From: Oculina patagonica
Lineage: Eukaryota
Assembly: GCF_052425735.1 (NCBI RefSeq)
Contig: NC_135759.1
Location: 32,922,001 to 32,986,000 of the forward strand
Direction of reading: 5' to 3'
Length of the DNA: 64,000 bases
The first letter of the stretch is position 1, and every line of letters begins with the position of its first letter. The notes under the pieces are model-generated. The model was given only the letters and a program-made list of their open reading frames with translations, searched no databases and had not been told where the DNA came from. Position numbers and translations under genes: made by a program. This document shows, piece after piece, positions 49,146 to 61,211 of the stretch.

Positions 49146-50087
49146 ATGGAATTAAATTTGTCCAACATCACATTTTATTTGAAACAAGACGTCCATGGCT
49201 GCCATCCATACAAATGGTATTATAGCGAAATATCTCCAGGAGTTTTTGAACTTATTTCAGCCATACTTGATTGTTTGATATCCGTTTTTTCAGTCTTTGT
49301 CAACGGGCTTGTAATTTTTACTATACACCAATCTACGAACCTTCATTCGCCGTCAAACTTGCTTATTGCCGGGCTGGCCATGTCGGATTTTGGAACAGGA
49401 CTTATTACGCATCCAAGCCATGTAATCGAATACGTGGCAGCCGTCCGCGGCGACAACTGCACGGCAAATATTGCTTTTATGGTCATTAATATTTCTGGAT
49501 GGTTGTTCACAATACTCTCGCTTACAACGTTGACGTTCATAGCTGTTGAGCGCTACTGTGCGGTGGTATTTCATCTCAGATACAACGAAAAAGTCACCGT
49601 GAGGCGAACTATGATTGTCCTGTTGTCTATATGGTTCACCGTTCCATTAGCTTCCACTCTAATCGCAGTGAAAAAATTGAAGGCTCTCAATTTTCTCTTG
49701 GCGCACGCATTCATTATTCTAATTGGAATCTTCATAACATGTTTGTGTTATTTTAAAGTTTTTCTTGTCCTCCGGCGGCATTATGGACAAATTAGCATCC
49801 AGCTACAAGCTCAATCTCTGCAGCAGCCAGCAAGTAACGCAGCCCACTACAGACGGAAATTCTTCACAGTTCTTTACATTGTAGGAGCATTTGTGGCTTG
49901 TTATTTGCCATACAGCATTGCGGTTTTGGCTCGTTTCGAACAGAGAAATCGTATGACCATGCTCGCAGTTTTAGGTGGTAATTCTTGTCTTAACCCTTTA
50001 ATATATTTCTGGAGGATACGAGAATTACGGGAGGCTGCCAAAAGTCACGTAGCTAAAATAGTCAAATGCTGCAGAAATAATCAATAA
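49146..50087 (+). CDS. Class A GPCR, melanocortin/adenosine-receptor-like
   Basis: First ATG at 49146 (MELNLSNITF; the ORF-track start at 49107 is not ATG). Motifs LHSPSNLLIAGLAMSD, ERY, CYLP and NSCLNPLIYFWR; very short ECL2. Confidence 0.9.
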   Translation: MELNLSNITFYLKQDVHGCHPYKWYYSEISPGVFELISAILDCLISVFSVFVNGLVIFTIHQSTNLHSPSNLLIAGLAMSDFGTGLITHPSHVIEYVAAVRGDNCTANIAFMVINISGWLFTILSLTTLTFIAVERYCAVVFHLRYNEKVTVRRTMIVLLSIWFTVPLASTLIAVKKLKALNFLLAHAFIILIGIFITCLCYFKVFLVLRRHYGQISIQLQAQSLQQPASNAAHYRRKFFTVLYIVGAFVACYLPYSIAVLARFEQRNRMTMLAVLGGNSCLNPLIYFWRIRELREAAKSHVAKIVKCCRNNQ

Positions 50088-51825
50088 GGCCTGAAGTTGT
50101 TCGAGTTCTGAAAAACTCAACGGCCTATTGCCCAAATTTAATAAACTAGAAGTTGTTGAATAATCTTAAGACGTTTTTTAGGATTTTGAAGTAAGATAAG
50201 AATCAGTTCCGAAATCAGACTTGTGACGACTTACCTTATTAACTGAAATTTTAAACGGACCTGGACCCTGTTGCATAAAGATTTTGTGCAACTGTTGTTT
50301 GTGTTCCAAAGGAGTATTTCGCACCGGCGTTGTGTTTATCGTACTCTTTAATTCACCTTCGGCTGATTTATCCATAGAAGTGTAGACACCCCGGAACACA
50401 GGGAATGGTTGCAAAAAATCCCACTTAATCTTAAGGTTGCTTTATTCAACTGGGCCCTGAACCTCTGAGAAAAATATCTTCGATCATTTAGTCGGGGTAA
50501 AAGCTATCGCAGTTGTCCAATATTTCAAGAAACCCTCTCCAGCATTCTGTAAGACTGAATCGCCTCGTAGCAGTATTACCGCAACGTTATTATCGCTTTC
50601 AAATATTCAATGTTGAATATAATCAAGATATAAATAAAAGGCTAAATTTTGTTTGCTGTACAGAGATGGTAACTTTTATTTTTTTCAGTTAAGGTGTTAG
50701 GTGCGCATAAAACTTCAACTTCAATAAAAATATGCTCTTCAAAGTTCTTCCTCGTTTTAATTATTCACAGTCTTCAGCTGCTGTCAAAGTCTTTTTTTGT
50801 AAATACTGTAGTTTGTTCTATCTGGTTGCGTCGGCGGACAATAATGTTAAGGACTTTGTGCTTTTGATTAATAATTGATTTCCCCAAATCTTATTTATTG
50901 CCACTACAATTTTTAATTAAAACTCCGTTTGATGCCGTCCTTTCATTCTTTCTTGGGAGGGTTTAACTATGTATGGTGTTTTTTACTACAATGCAATCAG
51001 GGTCTATTTGATGTTGATGTTTAGACTTCTTTACTTAAATGTTTTTGTACTTCAACTTATAACTATAATATCAAGAAATTAATTTTTTTCCACTGTGTTT
51101 TCATCTAATAAAACTTCATTTATGTTGTGTTATGAAATTTGCGCGCTACAAATTATTCAAAATTAGAATTTTATCATCATGTCATCATCTATTGATTGGA
51201 CGGTGGCTTTCAAGACAGTTGTCGTTATGGGAATTTTGGAATTTATTCCAGCCCTAAATCAACATACCTTTTTGAGATAAAAAAGAGAATTAAGCCCATT
51301 TACAGTTGAAACAACAGAATAGAATTCAGTTGACGCCTGTATGCTTGTTTATGTTTTTAGAGCAGTATCTATATTTTCACGGCTTTTTGCCCCTATGAAA
51401 CGCTCATTATCTTCTGTTTTCGTAGCCGAAGGTCTACATTGTTAATTGTTATAAAACGAGTTCATTGTGGAAATTTAAGTCCGCAGAAAATCAGTTGACG
51501 CGTAGCCGAACAAGGTCCTAAGAAAAGAGGGTTATCATGTTATCTTCTCTGGGCCTCGACAGTATGATGCGCAGGGCAGGATAGCAAAATTAAAAGGCAC
51601 AATATTTTATTCATACCTCTTTTTTAATGCACATCCGACCAAGATTAGCTTATTATGATGATTTTCGGGTGTCTTGTTACCATGCTTTATAGTAATCCGA
51701 TCCTGTTTCTTTTAAATAACTTGTTTCTGTCTTTTTTGGTACAAATAAACTGTTGTTGTTGTTGATATTGTTGTCAAGGAGGTACATATTTCGAGAGTCA
51801 TGAGTTGGCTTAAGCGGGCCGAGAC

Positions 51826-52109
51826 TACAATGTTTGACAAAAGTAGTTGACACATTGACTTCTCGTTGAAGTTTTTTTATGGTATTTTAATTAAAGTTTT
51901 AAAATTTCACTTCACTTTAACAAAATACCCTCTGCCCCTCGCGCCTTTCATATAGTACGATTGCAGAAAAGGACTTCCAGGAACAAACTTCAACATTGAT
52001 CAGTCTGCGGAGGGGGTGAGAGATAGGGGGAGTGGGTGAAAAATATTGTATTGCAATAAAAAAGGGCTAAAACTGACACAATGTGTCAACACTTGGATCA
52101 CTTATAGTA
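51826..52109. mobile_element. Decayed MITE
   Basis: Inverted GTTGACACATTG / CAATGTGTCAAC near the two ends. Confidence 0.55.
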
Positions 52110-53435
52110 GCGTCGGGGCTTCATAAGTTAACAATAATCACTTCTCTTAGTTGGTTTTGTCCGGCACTTTAAACTTTAATGAATGCCAAATAAACGTTCA
52201 GTCGGAAGGGTCAAAAACGTCAGTTGTTAATCAGCTTTCAAACAATCAGGCCCTGATGCCCGTTATAAGGTGAACTGGCACCAGTGGTTTTTCAATCATT
52301 ACGACTAAAAATCAATTTCAATTACTAGGCCTGCAAAGCAAATTTGTTTTTCCGTGCTGACCGAACCGTGTTCAAAGGTCTTCTAACGATACCTCAAGGA
52401 CAACACAAAGATATCCCTGAAACTCTCGTATCCTTGTACAGATATTTAAATGCCTTATCAGCAGATTTTAAAGATGTAAATAAAGTCTCCGAATAATTCC
52501 AAGGTTCTTTATATTTCTACTAAATAGAGATTTGAACCACAGCCCCAAACAAACACTGAACAGTGTTGCTTTTTACTGATAAATTGTTGTACATAGAAAG
52601 ATTCCTTCATTAACTAACTTGTTTACATGCTTTATATTCATGTGAATATGTCTAAATAGCTTGTCTATCTATCTTACTAAGTTACTAAAGTTAATGCTAC
52701 GTTGAATATATAGCTATATAACTGTAGCAGCAATTGTTGCAAATTGCGCGCACTGAGCTAATGACACAAACTCTTGTCAGACTGGTTTAATAACCCAAAT
52801 ATTAGTACCAAATATGGTTATTTTCGATTCACATTCCATTTAATAGAAATGTTGTCAATGATAAATAAATGCTGTTTTTTTGGCATAAGTATTATAGCTT
52901 TGGCAATATTTCTTATAACACTGAAATTGCGAGAAAGATGTTTAACGTTGATTCAAGCTACTCAAAGAAAAAACAAGTATAGTATTACTTACAAAAAACA
53001 TGGCAAGTTTTTCCCTGACAAATGTCTTCTCTAAAATCACAGATACACGAGTACCTTTCGAAAATTGAAAAAATAATGGCATCTCGCAAAGAAACAAGGA
53101 TCATTTAAAGAAAACTTTAATAGTTTTTGTTTTTTGTTCTACACAACAGCAAAGAAAACCTCAAACAAGGAACTTTACATGTACATGCGAACAAATGTAC
53201 TTGTCAAGGAAAACTCGCTTGTGCCTTAATTCTCCCAATTAAGTGTTTTTACTTACACTCCAACAGAGTATTGGAAAAAGCAGTTTCCTATATTACTTTT
53301 AAAATATTTTTGTGCCATCAATATAATGCAACATGTAGACTATGTCAAAAACGTCAACATGACGCAAATTTTAATAAACGGCATTTAAAAGTTCGACACA
53401 CAGTCTGACATGACAATGTTCAAGTCACGAAAATT

Positions 53436-56400
53436 TCAAGGATCGTCAGGTCTTGGCTCATCATCATCGTCATCATCATCATCATTTCTTTTTCTCATCA
53501 GTTTCTTTGTCACCAGAGCAATGGACGCTGTGCCAACCATTGCGCATGCGATTCCCACGCCAATAGCAACGGCCAGGCCAGAGGACTGCGTCTTATTGTC
53601 CAGCTCGGACTAAAATGAAAAACAAATTTCGTTTATTACATTTTATAAACGCATTGAGACATCCTGTTAAATGAAAAATTTTGAAACCGATTTAAAAAAA
53701 ATACAAAATTAATCTTATCAAAACTTTTAAAACCAAATATTCGGCCGCCTTCTGTTGCCTTTATCAGAGTTTGAAACAGTTAATAAATGTAGAGTTAATA
53801 AGTTGTTTGCATACCATCCTTCAACATCCAACCAACACATGTTGAGAGTTGTTTTTTTTTTAATCATGTCAAAATTGTTACAGTCAACTCTCTCTAAGAC
53901 GGACACCGTCGGGACCGGCCCGAACTGTCCGTCTTAGAGAGGTGTCCGCCTTATAGAGAGTCGAGGTAACCTAACACCAGAAATTTTGAGTTGATAAAGC
54001 TTAACGGCTATGCACAACGGATACACGTCTGTTTTAAGTCGCTTACTTGAGAAAAACCTAAAAAGTGGGACAAAAATAATATCAGAATTCGACTCATTTG
54101 CTCATTACAAACGGTAATACTGTAAGTATAAAACTACCTCCCTGGTGCCCATGCGCAGAGATGTAATACGTTATAAGGGATTGTTTTTGGTAAGTTTGGT
54201 ATTCTAAAGCGCTGACTTACTATGATATATGTCAATACCATGTTTTGGAGTATTATTCACTAAAAAATAACTTTTTGTGCGTGTCCGTTAGCGGTTTCAA
54301 AGTGTCCGTTGTCCGTTTTAGAGAGGTTTCCGTCTTACAAAGAGTTTTGTTACAGTAAAATGACTGAAAAACGGCAGGGACCATCACCAGGTGTCCGTCT
54401 TATGGAGGTGTCCGTAACGAGAGAGTTGACTGTATTCTTAGCAGTTCAATTCCTAAGCGACTTAAGAAGGCAGCTCTTAGATAAGTAAGTAAGTAAGTTG
54501 CCTTTATTTAAAAACACGATTTGGATAAAAGCTTACAGCTTGTGGGGTCGTGTAAATTAAAAGTATTAAAAGTTAAAAATATTTACAATTAATTAGGCTA
54601 TTTATATTTGTATTTGATTTTAAAATTAGTAAAAGTTAAACTTATAAAACTATTTAAATTTGAATTAATTTATAAACCAGGCGACTTAAACCATATTCAG
54701 TCATTGCCTCGATATTGCACCATGAAATAACAGAATAATTACGTACTCAATAAATAAATAATATAAAAAATATATATATATTTTTTAAGAGGATGCTCCC
54801 GTCACATGACGTGGTTTTCAGGGATGTCCTCACATAAAACTAACTACAAGGTTAAAAATCTAGTTTGAAAGGTAAGAATATTAAATTACAAGTATGAGGT
54901 TCTAAAAAATTAAGAATTATGTTATAAAAATTTGTTCAATAAAAAACTAAAAGTATTTTGCTATTAAAATAAAGTACTCACTCCCGTAAAGAGGGTTTTC
55001 TCAACTTCTTGACTTTCTGGAATTGCTACGGTTCCACCTAAATGAAAACAATCCTTAGGAATTAGTCAGTTGCGAATAGATCACCCTGTTAATCTGCAAC
55101 ACAGTAGTATCAGATTTTGTCAGGTCTTCTTCAGTGTTCAAGAACTGGCATGCACGGCGGAAGGACGTTCTACCGCTCAGCTAGAGGAGACTTTGAAGCT
55201 ACGCCACATAACAAGGTTCAAATGTGCCAACCTTCTCCCCACTAGCGCTAGGATTTTTTAGTTGGTATGTTAGATATGCGTAGAAAATAATGATAGCATA
55301 TGTTAGCCTTGGTGGGAAAAATGAGATGAATGTTATTTAGTTAGTGACACAATCGACTTTTGTTGGAAGAGTTCAGAGGAGACAGAAGAGTCTATTCCGA
55401 GATGCCTGTGTCACTGACCTTTCTCAAATAATGTTTTTTATGAAGTAAATTAAATTACCAACTGTGGCTTTCGGTTTAAGGGTATGTTCCTCTACATGCA
55501 AACCTGAAATTAATTGAAGTGTGTGTAACTACATGCATACATGCAAAAAAAGTACTGCCCGGCACGAAAGTTGGAAAAACAAGGGATTAGGAAAACCAAT
55601 CCTTGGTAAGCCTTTTGTCGTCAATCTGGCTTCTCAATGAGAGCATACCTAAAGGACCCCAACAGAAAAACAAAACATCCCTAAACAGAAGGGAATCTTG
55701 ACCCATTAACTTACCCTTAACAGAAGGAAGGTCGTCGATTTGCAAAGTTCTGCATAAGCATAGCTTATATGGCTGCAAAATGCCTTTTGTTGACAATTCG
55801 TTTAATAATAAACAATTATCCTGCGCAATTTTGCAAGTTGTGGTCCGATTTATCTTGTAAAAGAACAGCTTTCTATTTTGTTGAAGTAATAGCCTCACTT
55901 AGCCACGGCCTCGTCGGCTAAGTATCAGGCGATTATCCACGTGATTTTGCAGGATAGTTGTCAAATATAAGTTCAGTAATTGCATTACAGAAAAAAAAAA
56001 AAAAAAAAATCTGATCCTGGAAATTGTCTTTCTTACCCGGCGTATAATAGCAATACGTCAATTTCATCTGAGCTCCATTCTTGTCCATCTGGAAAGGATT
56101 TTCACCTTCCATGTTTATCTGATATCTTCCAGCGTTTTTATCAAAGTTAACTGCTTCTTCTTTCAGTGTTGCACCTTTGACTTGTTGGCATCCACCGCCG
56201 CTCAGAGAGTACAAGTAAAAAGGTTTGTCGACAGGCAGCGAGATAGCATTGGTGATTTCACCTGCGAGTTAGGCAATGAAATGTACAATTACAAGACGTT
56301 AACGAGGGGTGGTAGCAACATATAACATAACATAACATAACATAAAACTTTATTTATCCTCGAATTTAATATAGCTAAGACAAGCTAGTTTCTTCGAGAA

Positions 56401-59400
56401 ACAAGTGAAATATATATTAAAAAATAAAGATAAAATAAGTAAAATAGAAATAACAATATTATTATATCCGTTAACTACTTACACATTAAAACTATATAAA
56501 AATACAAATTTACAAAAGTTTGTTCTATTCACCCCCTCCCCAATGATAAAAAGTCTTAGCTAAAAGTACATTGTCGGATTAACTAGCAAAAGTTAGTTCC
56601 ACACTAAGTGGCTCGATTTTTACTTTAGGAGTGAAAGAATTAGTGGAAATAGGAGTAAATATATAATACCATCACAGTGTCCCTGCAGATATTTTAATAA
56701 GTATGGCCTGTAACTTGCTATAAACTTGTTTTATTATCTTGCAACAGAAATAAAAACACCAAAAGTGGTGAAAGCAAAGAAAGATCAACTAAAGAGGAAA
56801 AACTAATGATTAAAAAATTAAAAATTTCACCACAATGGCAATTTTGATTTTCTGGCATCCTGCCACAAAATCAAATTGATAAACTATAATCCACTTCCAT
56901 CCTTGTAATTCTGTACTTCTTCCCCAAAAGACTTGTTCTTTAGAATTTTTATCAAATTTATTTGTATATTTGGTGGTATTTGGCAATATAACTTAGAAAT
57001 TAGGAAAGAGAACTTTCGCTTATTAGCCAGGACACTGTCCCTTTAATTTGTTTCTTTAATACTGTAATGGGACATTTTGTGCGTGATACATAGTGTAAGG
57101 ATCGGACCAAAAGCACGTTAGAGGGAGAACGATTTGATTTCGGTGCGTTCGGTGCTACGCGATTAAAACAGTTAAAACGACTTCAGGAACTGTCTATACC
57201 TTCCTGTGTGACGTTATTACAATACTTTCCTTCGACCGTTATACAACAGGTCAGGTATACAATAAGCAACTTAGCCACTTACCTCTAGCACTACAACAGT
57301 AGTTAATTGCTGTGTCTTTTAACTTCTTTCCATTAACAGTTTTGTCTTGGAAATGAGAACTTTTTGGGTGCCAGCGAACCGACCTGGGTGTTCAAACAAC
57401 ATGACAACCACCAAGGTAGAAATTAAATATATAGAGGACTGTTTCGACTGCCATAAGTGCTTTGAGGGTACACGCACAAATCAAATTGAAGTCTTGGAGT
57501 TAAGGACATTTACGGGCAAACTATTTGAATGCATGGAAAAAGGAAAAGTGCTGAACACGAATTGAACACGAATTGTCTAAACCATGTCGTGGTTTTAGAC
57601 CATCGACGACCTTTGTAAACTACCATAAAAATAAAGCATACTTTTGAAAACTGGCAAAGTATAGATTTAAAAAAGTGATTTGCGGGTGGATGGGTAGATA
57701 GGGACATTTGGCATTGGAAATTTCCAATGACTTAAAAAAGTCAAAGAATCATTTTAGGTTTATTTTCGATCAAGAGTTAACACATTTATAATGAAATATA
57801 TGAAAGGAAATTATTTACCCGGCAACGAGTCCAGCTGGACAAGCTTCGTGTTTCAAAATACAATATCTTCCTTGTGGCCATTCTTGGGACTTATCTTTGC
57901 TTGTCTTGATACAAAAGTCCTGTTCAATACCTAATCACATATTAAGTTAAAAAAAAAAAATTTTATTCTCTAACTGCAGGCAGTAGTCATAGTATAGACT
58001 CCCTTAAATGAAAGAAATTAAACGGACATACCTTCTTTGCTAACCCAGCCAGCCAAGTGAAGAGAGTCGTACACTTTGCGGTCGATAAGATTGCTGTTGG
58101 TATCATCATGAAATCTTCGACCGTCAAACCAGTTATTCGGACAGCCGACTTTGGGCATTGGGAGGCCATAATTACCAGTTGGCCATTTGAGATTTCCTGT
58201 AAACAATAAATAAATTTTGGTAGATAGTAGAAACATTCTTCTCAGTCAGGAGCGATAAGAACTTTTTTAAGCAACAGGAAAGAAGGTCCAGTCAAAAAAA
58301 AACTAAAACATTAACACGATTAGAACCCACGACCGTAGCCAGGGCGACGCACGTTCTGCCAAGTTGAACTCGGTTACTTTGGAACCAGGAACTCATCCGT
58401 GATAGTCTGTCCGTTTCCGTTTATATGGGGAGGCTATTTAAACGGTTGTACAAAACAATTCAAGAAAATGACTGGGTGATCTTTTGTTCAAAATAACCTT
58501 TGAACAACAAGAGAAGGCTTGAAATCAGTCTCCAAGATGTAACTGATGGTTTTTAAGAAATTTTCTTCCAAGTGAAGCTGTCAAACTTGAAAACGACGGT
58601 CCGACGTTTTCACGTTTCACGTTCCTACCAGTCAGTGTCAATCCACGTTTTAGCAATTTTCAGGATTTGTAAAGTACGTTTTGGCGAGGACAGGCCACTA
58701 TCATTGGATTTACAATTCATAATAACACCTTCATGGGATTTTCAAATTGCACTAAATCTCGATGATACTGCCCCTTTTTAAGTCGGGGTTCCACTGCCAG
58801 GAGTCCTTTATTGGAGCATAGCTCTTATACAGTAATGTTTACCTTGAGAGGTAAATTACTTGCAATTACTGTATCTTAAGACATTCAAGTTTGCTTAGCC
58901 CAAATATCGCGACATTCCTTCAGTAACACATCAATCCATCAATTGTCATCCGTTCTAGGGCCAATGATGATTTTTGTTTATGAATCATTGCAAGGTGTTT
59001 TAACAAAATGTTAGATAAATATAGCTCAGCGGATTTTATCAAGCGTTAACTGGGCTCCTGCCATAAGTGAATAATGGTAATTTTTTAAAGTTATCCGGCA
59101 TATAAAATGTTTTAGTGATTGTCTTCTGGAACCGTTCAAATACAATATCATCTCGGTTATCTCAAATCTCGCTTTTTCAAACTCCCGCTTTCTCGAACAA
59201 GTTATCGTTTCCTTTTTGTGATGAAGAAAGTGGGATGATGGTGTATCGCGTTTAGTTCATTAGGGGCTGACTGAATGCGCAAACAAAATGCACAGTCAGG
59301 GCCATAACCAGATCTTTGGCATAAACGAGGCAAGATCTTGCTATGAGGTTCTGGGAGCATGCCCTCCAGAAAATTTGGAAATCTAGGAGCTCTGAAACTC

Positions 59401-59712
59401 TTTCTTGAACATTTTTTATGAGGCATTTCTTGAAAAAAATTATTCTTGTTCAACTGGGGATTATTTTCCCAACTAAACATATTTTGTTTTTAATTTTAGG
59501 TTAAGAATCTAGACGAGGCAAGTGCCTCGTCTTGCCTTTTGCTAGTTACGGCCCTAACAGTGTAAAATGAGGCTGAACTATTACAATGGAAGACACAGAC
59601 ATTATACAATCGACGGTCTACTAATGGATTTAATTAGTTTACCTTTCGTCGAATGGCACCAGAAAACCACCAGCGAAAAAGTCACCGATAACCAAAATAT
59701 CACTGGACCCAT
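53436..59712 (-). CDS. Gene C: membrane-anchored apextrin C-terminal (ApeC) domain protein (300 aa): signal peptide, ApeC, linker, TM helix, poly-Asp tail
   Basis: Minus-strand exons 59712-59643 (MGPVIFWLSVTFSLVVFWCHSTK), 58196-58032 (WPTGNYGLPMPKVGCP), 57930-57819 (FCIK...WPQGRYCILKHEACPAG), 57383-57283 (NYCC), 56261-56037 (ISLPVDKPFYL...CQQVKG...LTYCYY), 55037-54982 and 53609-53436 (GLAVAIGVGIACAMVGTASIALVTKKLMRKRNDDDDDDDEPRPDDP*). 903 nt in frame, eight ApeC cysteines. Confidence 0.9.
53881..54432. mobile_element. pogo/Tigger-like MITE
   Basis: TA|CAGTCAACTCTCTC ... GAGAGAGTTGACTG|TA with subterminal GTGTCCGT repeats. Confidence 0.85.
54480..54900 (-). mobile_element. Stacked LINE 3'-end remnants
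   Basis: (TAAG)n tail plus TTTATT (poly-A signal on the minus strand) and a hairpin. A second tail starts at about 54780. Similar solo tails lie at about 1695, 48405 and 56320. Confidence 0.45.
57401..57622 (+). repeat. ~220-bp direct repeat, copy 1
   Basis: Near-identical to 60965-61211. Confidence 0.9.
59297..59556. mobile_element. MITE with CAGGGCC termini
   Basis: CAGGGCCATAACCAG / CTAGTTACGGCCCTA, flanked by an ACAGT duplication. Confidence 0.6.
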
Positions 59713-60964
59713 AATATGGCTTTGTCTTGAGAGTTCAGTCAACACTCGTTCAATTCTTCATTTTCCTGTTTAACAATAATGGAAGGATGTTTTGATTCAT
59801 GCCTCGATGAAAATAATCAAAGACGAGAGATGTTCAACATGACAATTTCTCACCGAAGTTTGTCACGGTGGTGTTCAGTTGCACCGCTTGTGTTGTTTGG
59901 TTGTTTAACACATTAAACTTTCAAGACGATTTCAGTTTTATCGCGAGTTCATGTAACGATCGAATGACTATGTTTTGAAACTTTGATATTTTTTTATAAA
60001 AAAAACAAGGTGCAGTAGAAGCAAAGCCGTTATAGTTCTTCGACAGTTAAGACAAAGAGGAGAAGTTAAATAGCATATTTGTAGTTTTATGACCGAATTT
60101 TACTGACAAATTGTACCTGTCGATTAGGTAATGTCTCGTTATATACATAAATCTCGCGCGAAAATAAAAGCTGCAGTAGAATTCTTCGTTTCAGTTTTCA
60201 GTTCTTAGTGTCATTATTGTTCGGACGCTTTGGAGGAAAAGGTTTTTTTAAAAGCAAAAATTAATTTTGGTGGCACATTTGTGCTATCTGTAGACCCAAA
60301 TTCAAATTCATTTCTAGTTTAATTCTTGGTCTTACAACTTAGTTTCAAGAGTTGAAATCGCTTTGAATGTCTCACGATATTGTAGATGAAATATGATAGG
60401 TTTGAAAATAAAAAAAAAACTATCAAGTTAGCCATTGCAATTACGTGTAACGTGTAATTTAGATGACTGTTCAACGCCATGTACGTTTAGAAATCAAAAA
60501 ACAAAGCAAAGCTTCAAAACGTGTTATTTATCATGGTCATCATTTGTTTCTTACCTTATATTGCAAAACATTCATCCAGCGAGAATTATTTTTACTCTCA
60601 TGTATCCCTAAAAGTACATCCAAGTTCTGTTTATTTTGACTGTGGTTTACTGTATCACTTGCGGTCAATTAACCAAATTTCGACATTGTTTCTGGCAAAA
60701 AGCAAACGACCGTTAACTTTCTCGCCGCTACGCAAATCGCTCAATCGATCAAAACAAATTATACCTGTTTTCCATTGTTTCTAGCTCTTGGTGCCCGCTA
60801 GCAACACAATAAAAAGCACTCCAGGCCAACAAGCATATGAGGCAAGCTTAATGGACTATCTGCTTGATTTCACCTAGTGCATTCAATATGGTGATAAAAT
60901 ATTTTGAACGTGAGTCAGTAATTCACAGTTGAAAGGAGCTGGAATATATAACTGATTCTTTAAA

Positions 60965-61211
60965 ATGACAACAGCCAAGGTAGAAATTAAATATATAGAG
61001 GACTGTTTCGACTGCCATAAGTGCTTTGAGGGTACACGCACAAATCAAATTGAATTCTTGGAGTTAAGGACATTTTCGGGCAAACTATTTGAATGCATGG
61101 AAAAAGGAAAAGTGCTGAACACGAATTACAGCTGAGCGAATCACTGAGCTGGAATTGTGGCTTGTCTAAACCATGTCGTGGTTTTAGACCAACGACGACC
61201 TTTGTAAACTA
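60965..61211 (+). repeat. ~245-bp direct repeat, copy 2
   Basis: Near-identical to 57401-57622, with an extra segment of about 30 bp. Confidence 0.9.

Noticed and set aside
59749-59760. 3-codon upstream ORF (MKN*) in gene C's 5'UTR
   Set aside because: Present in the sequence but too short to distinguish from chance without conservation data.
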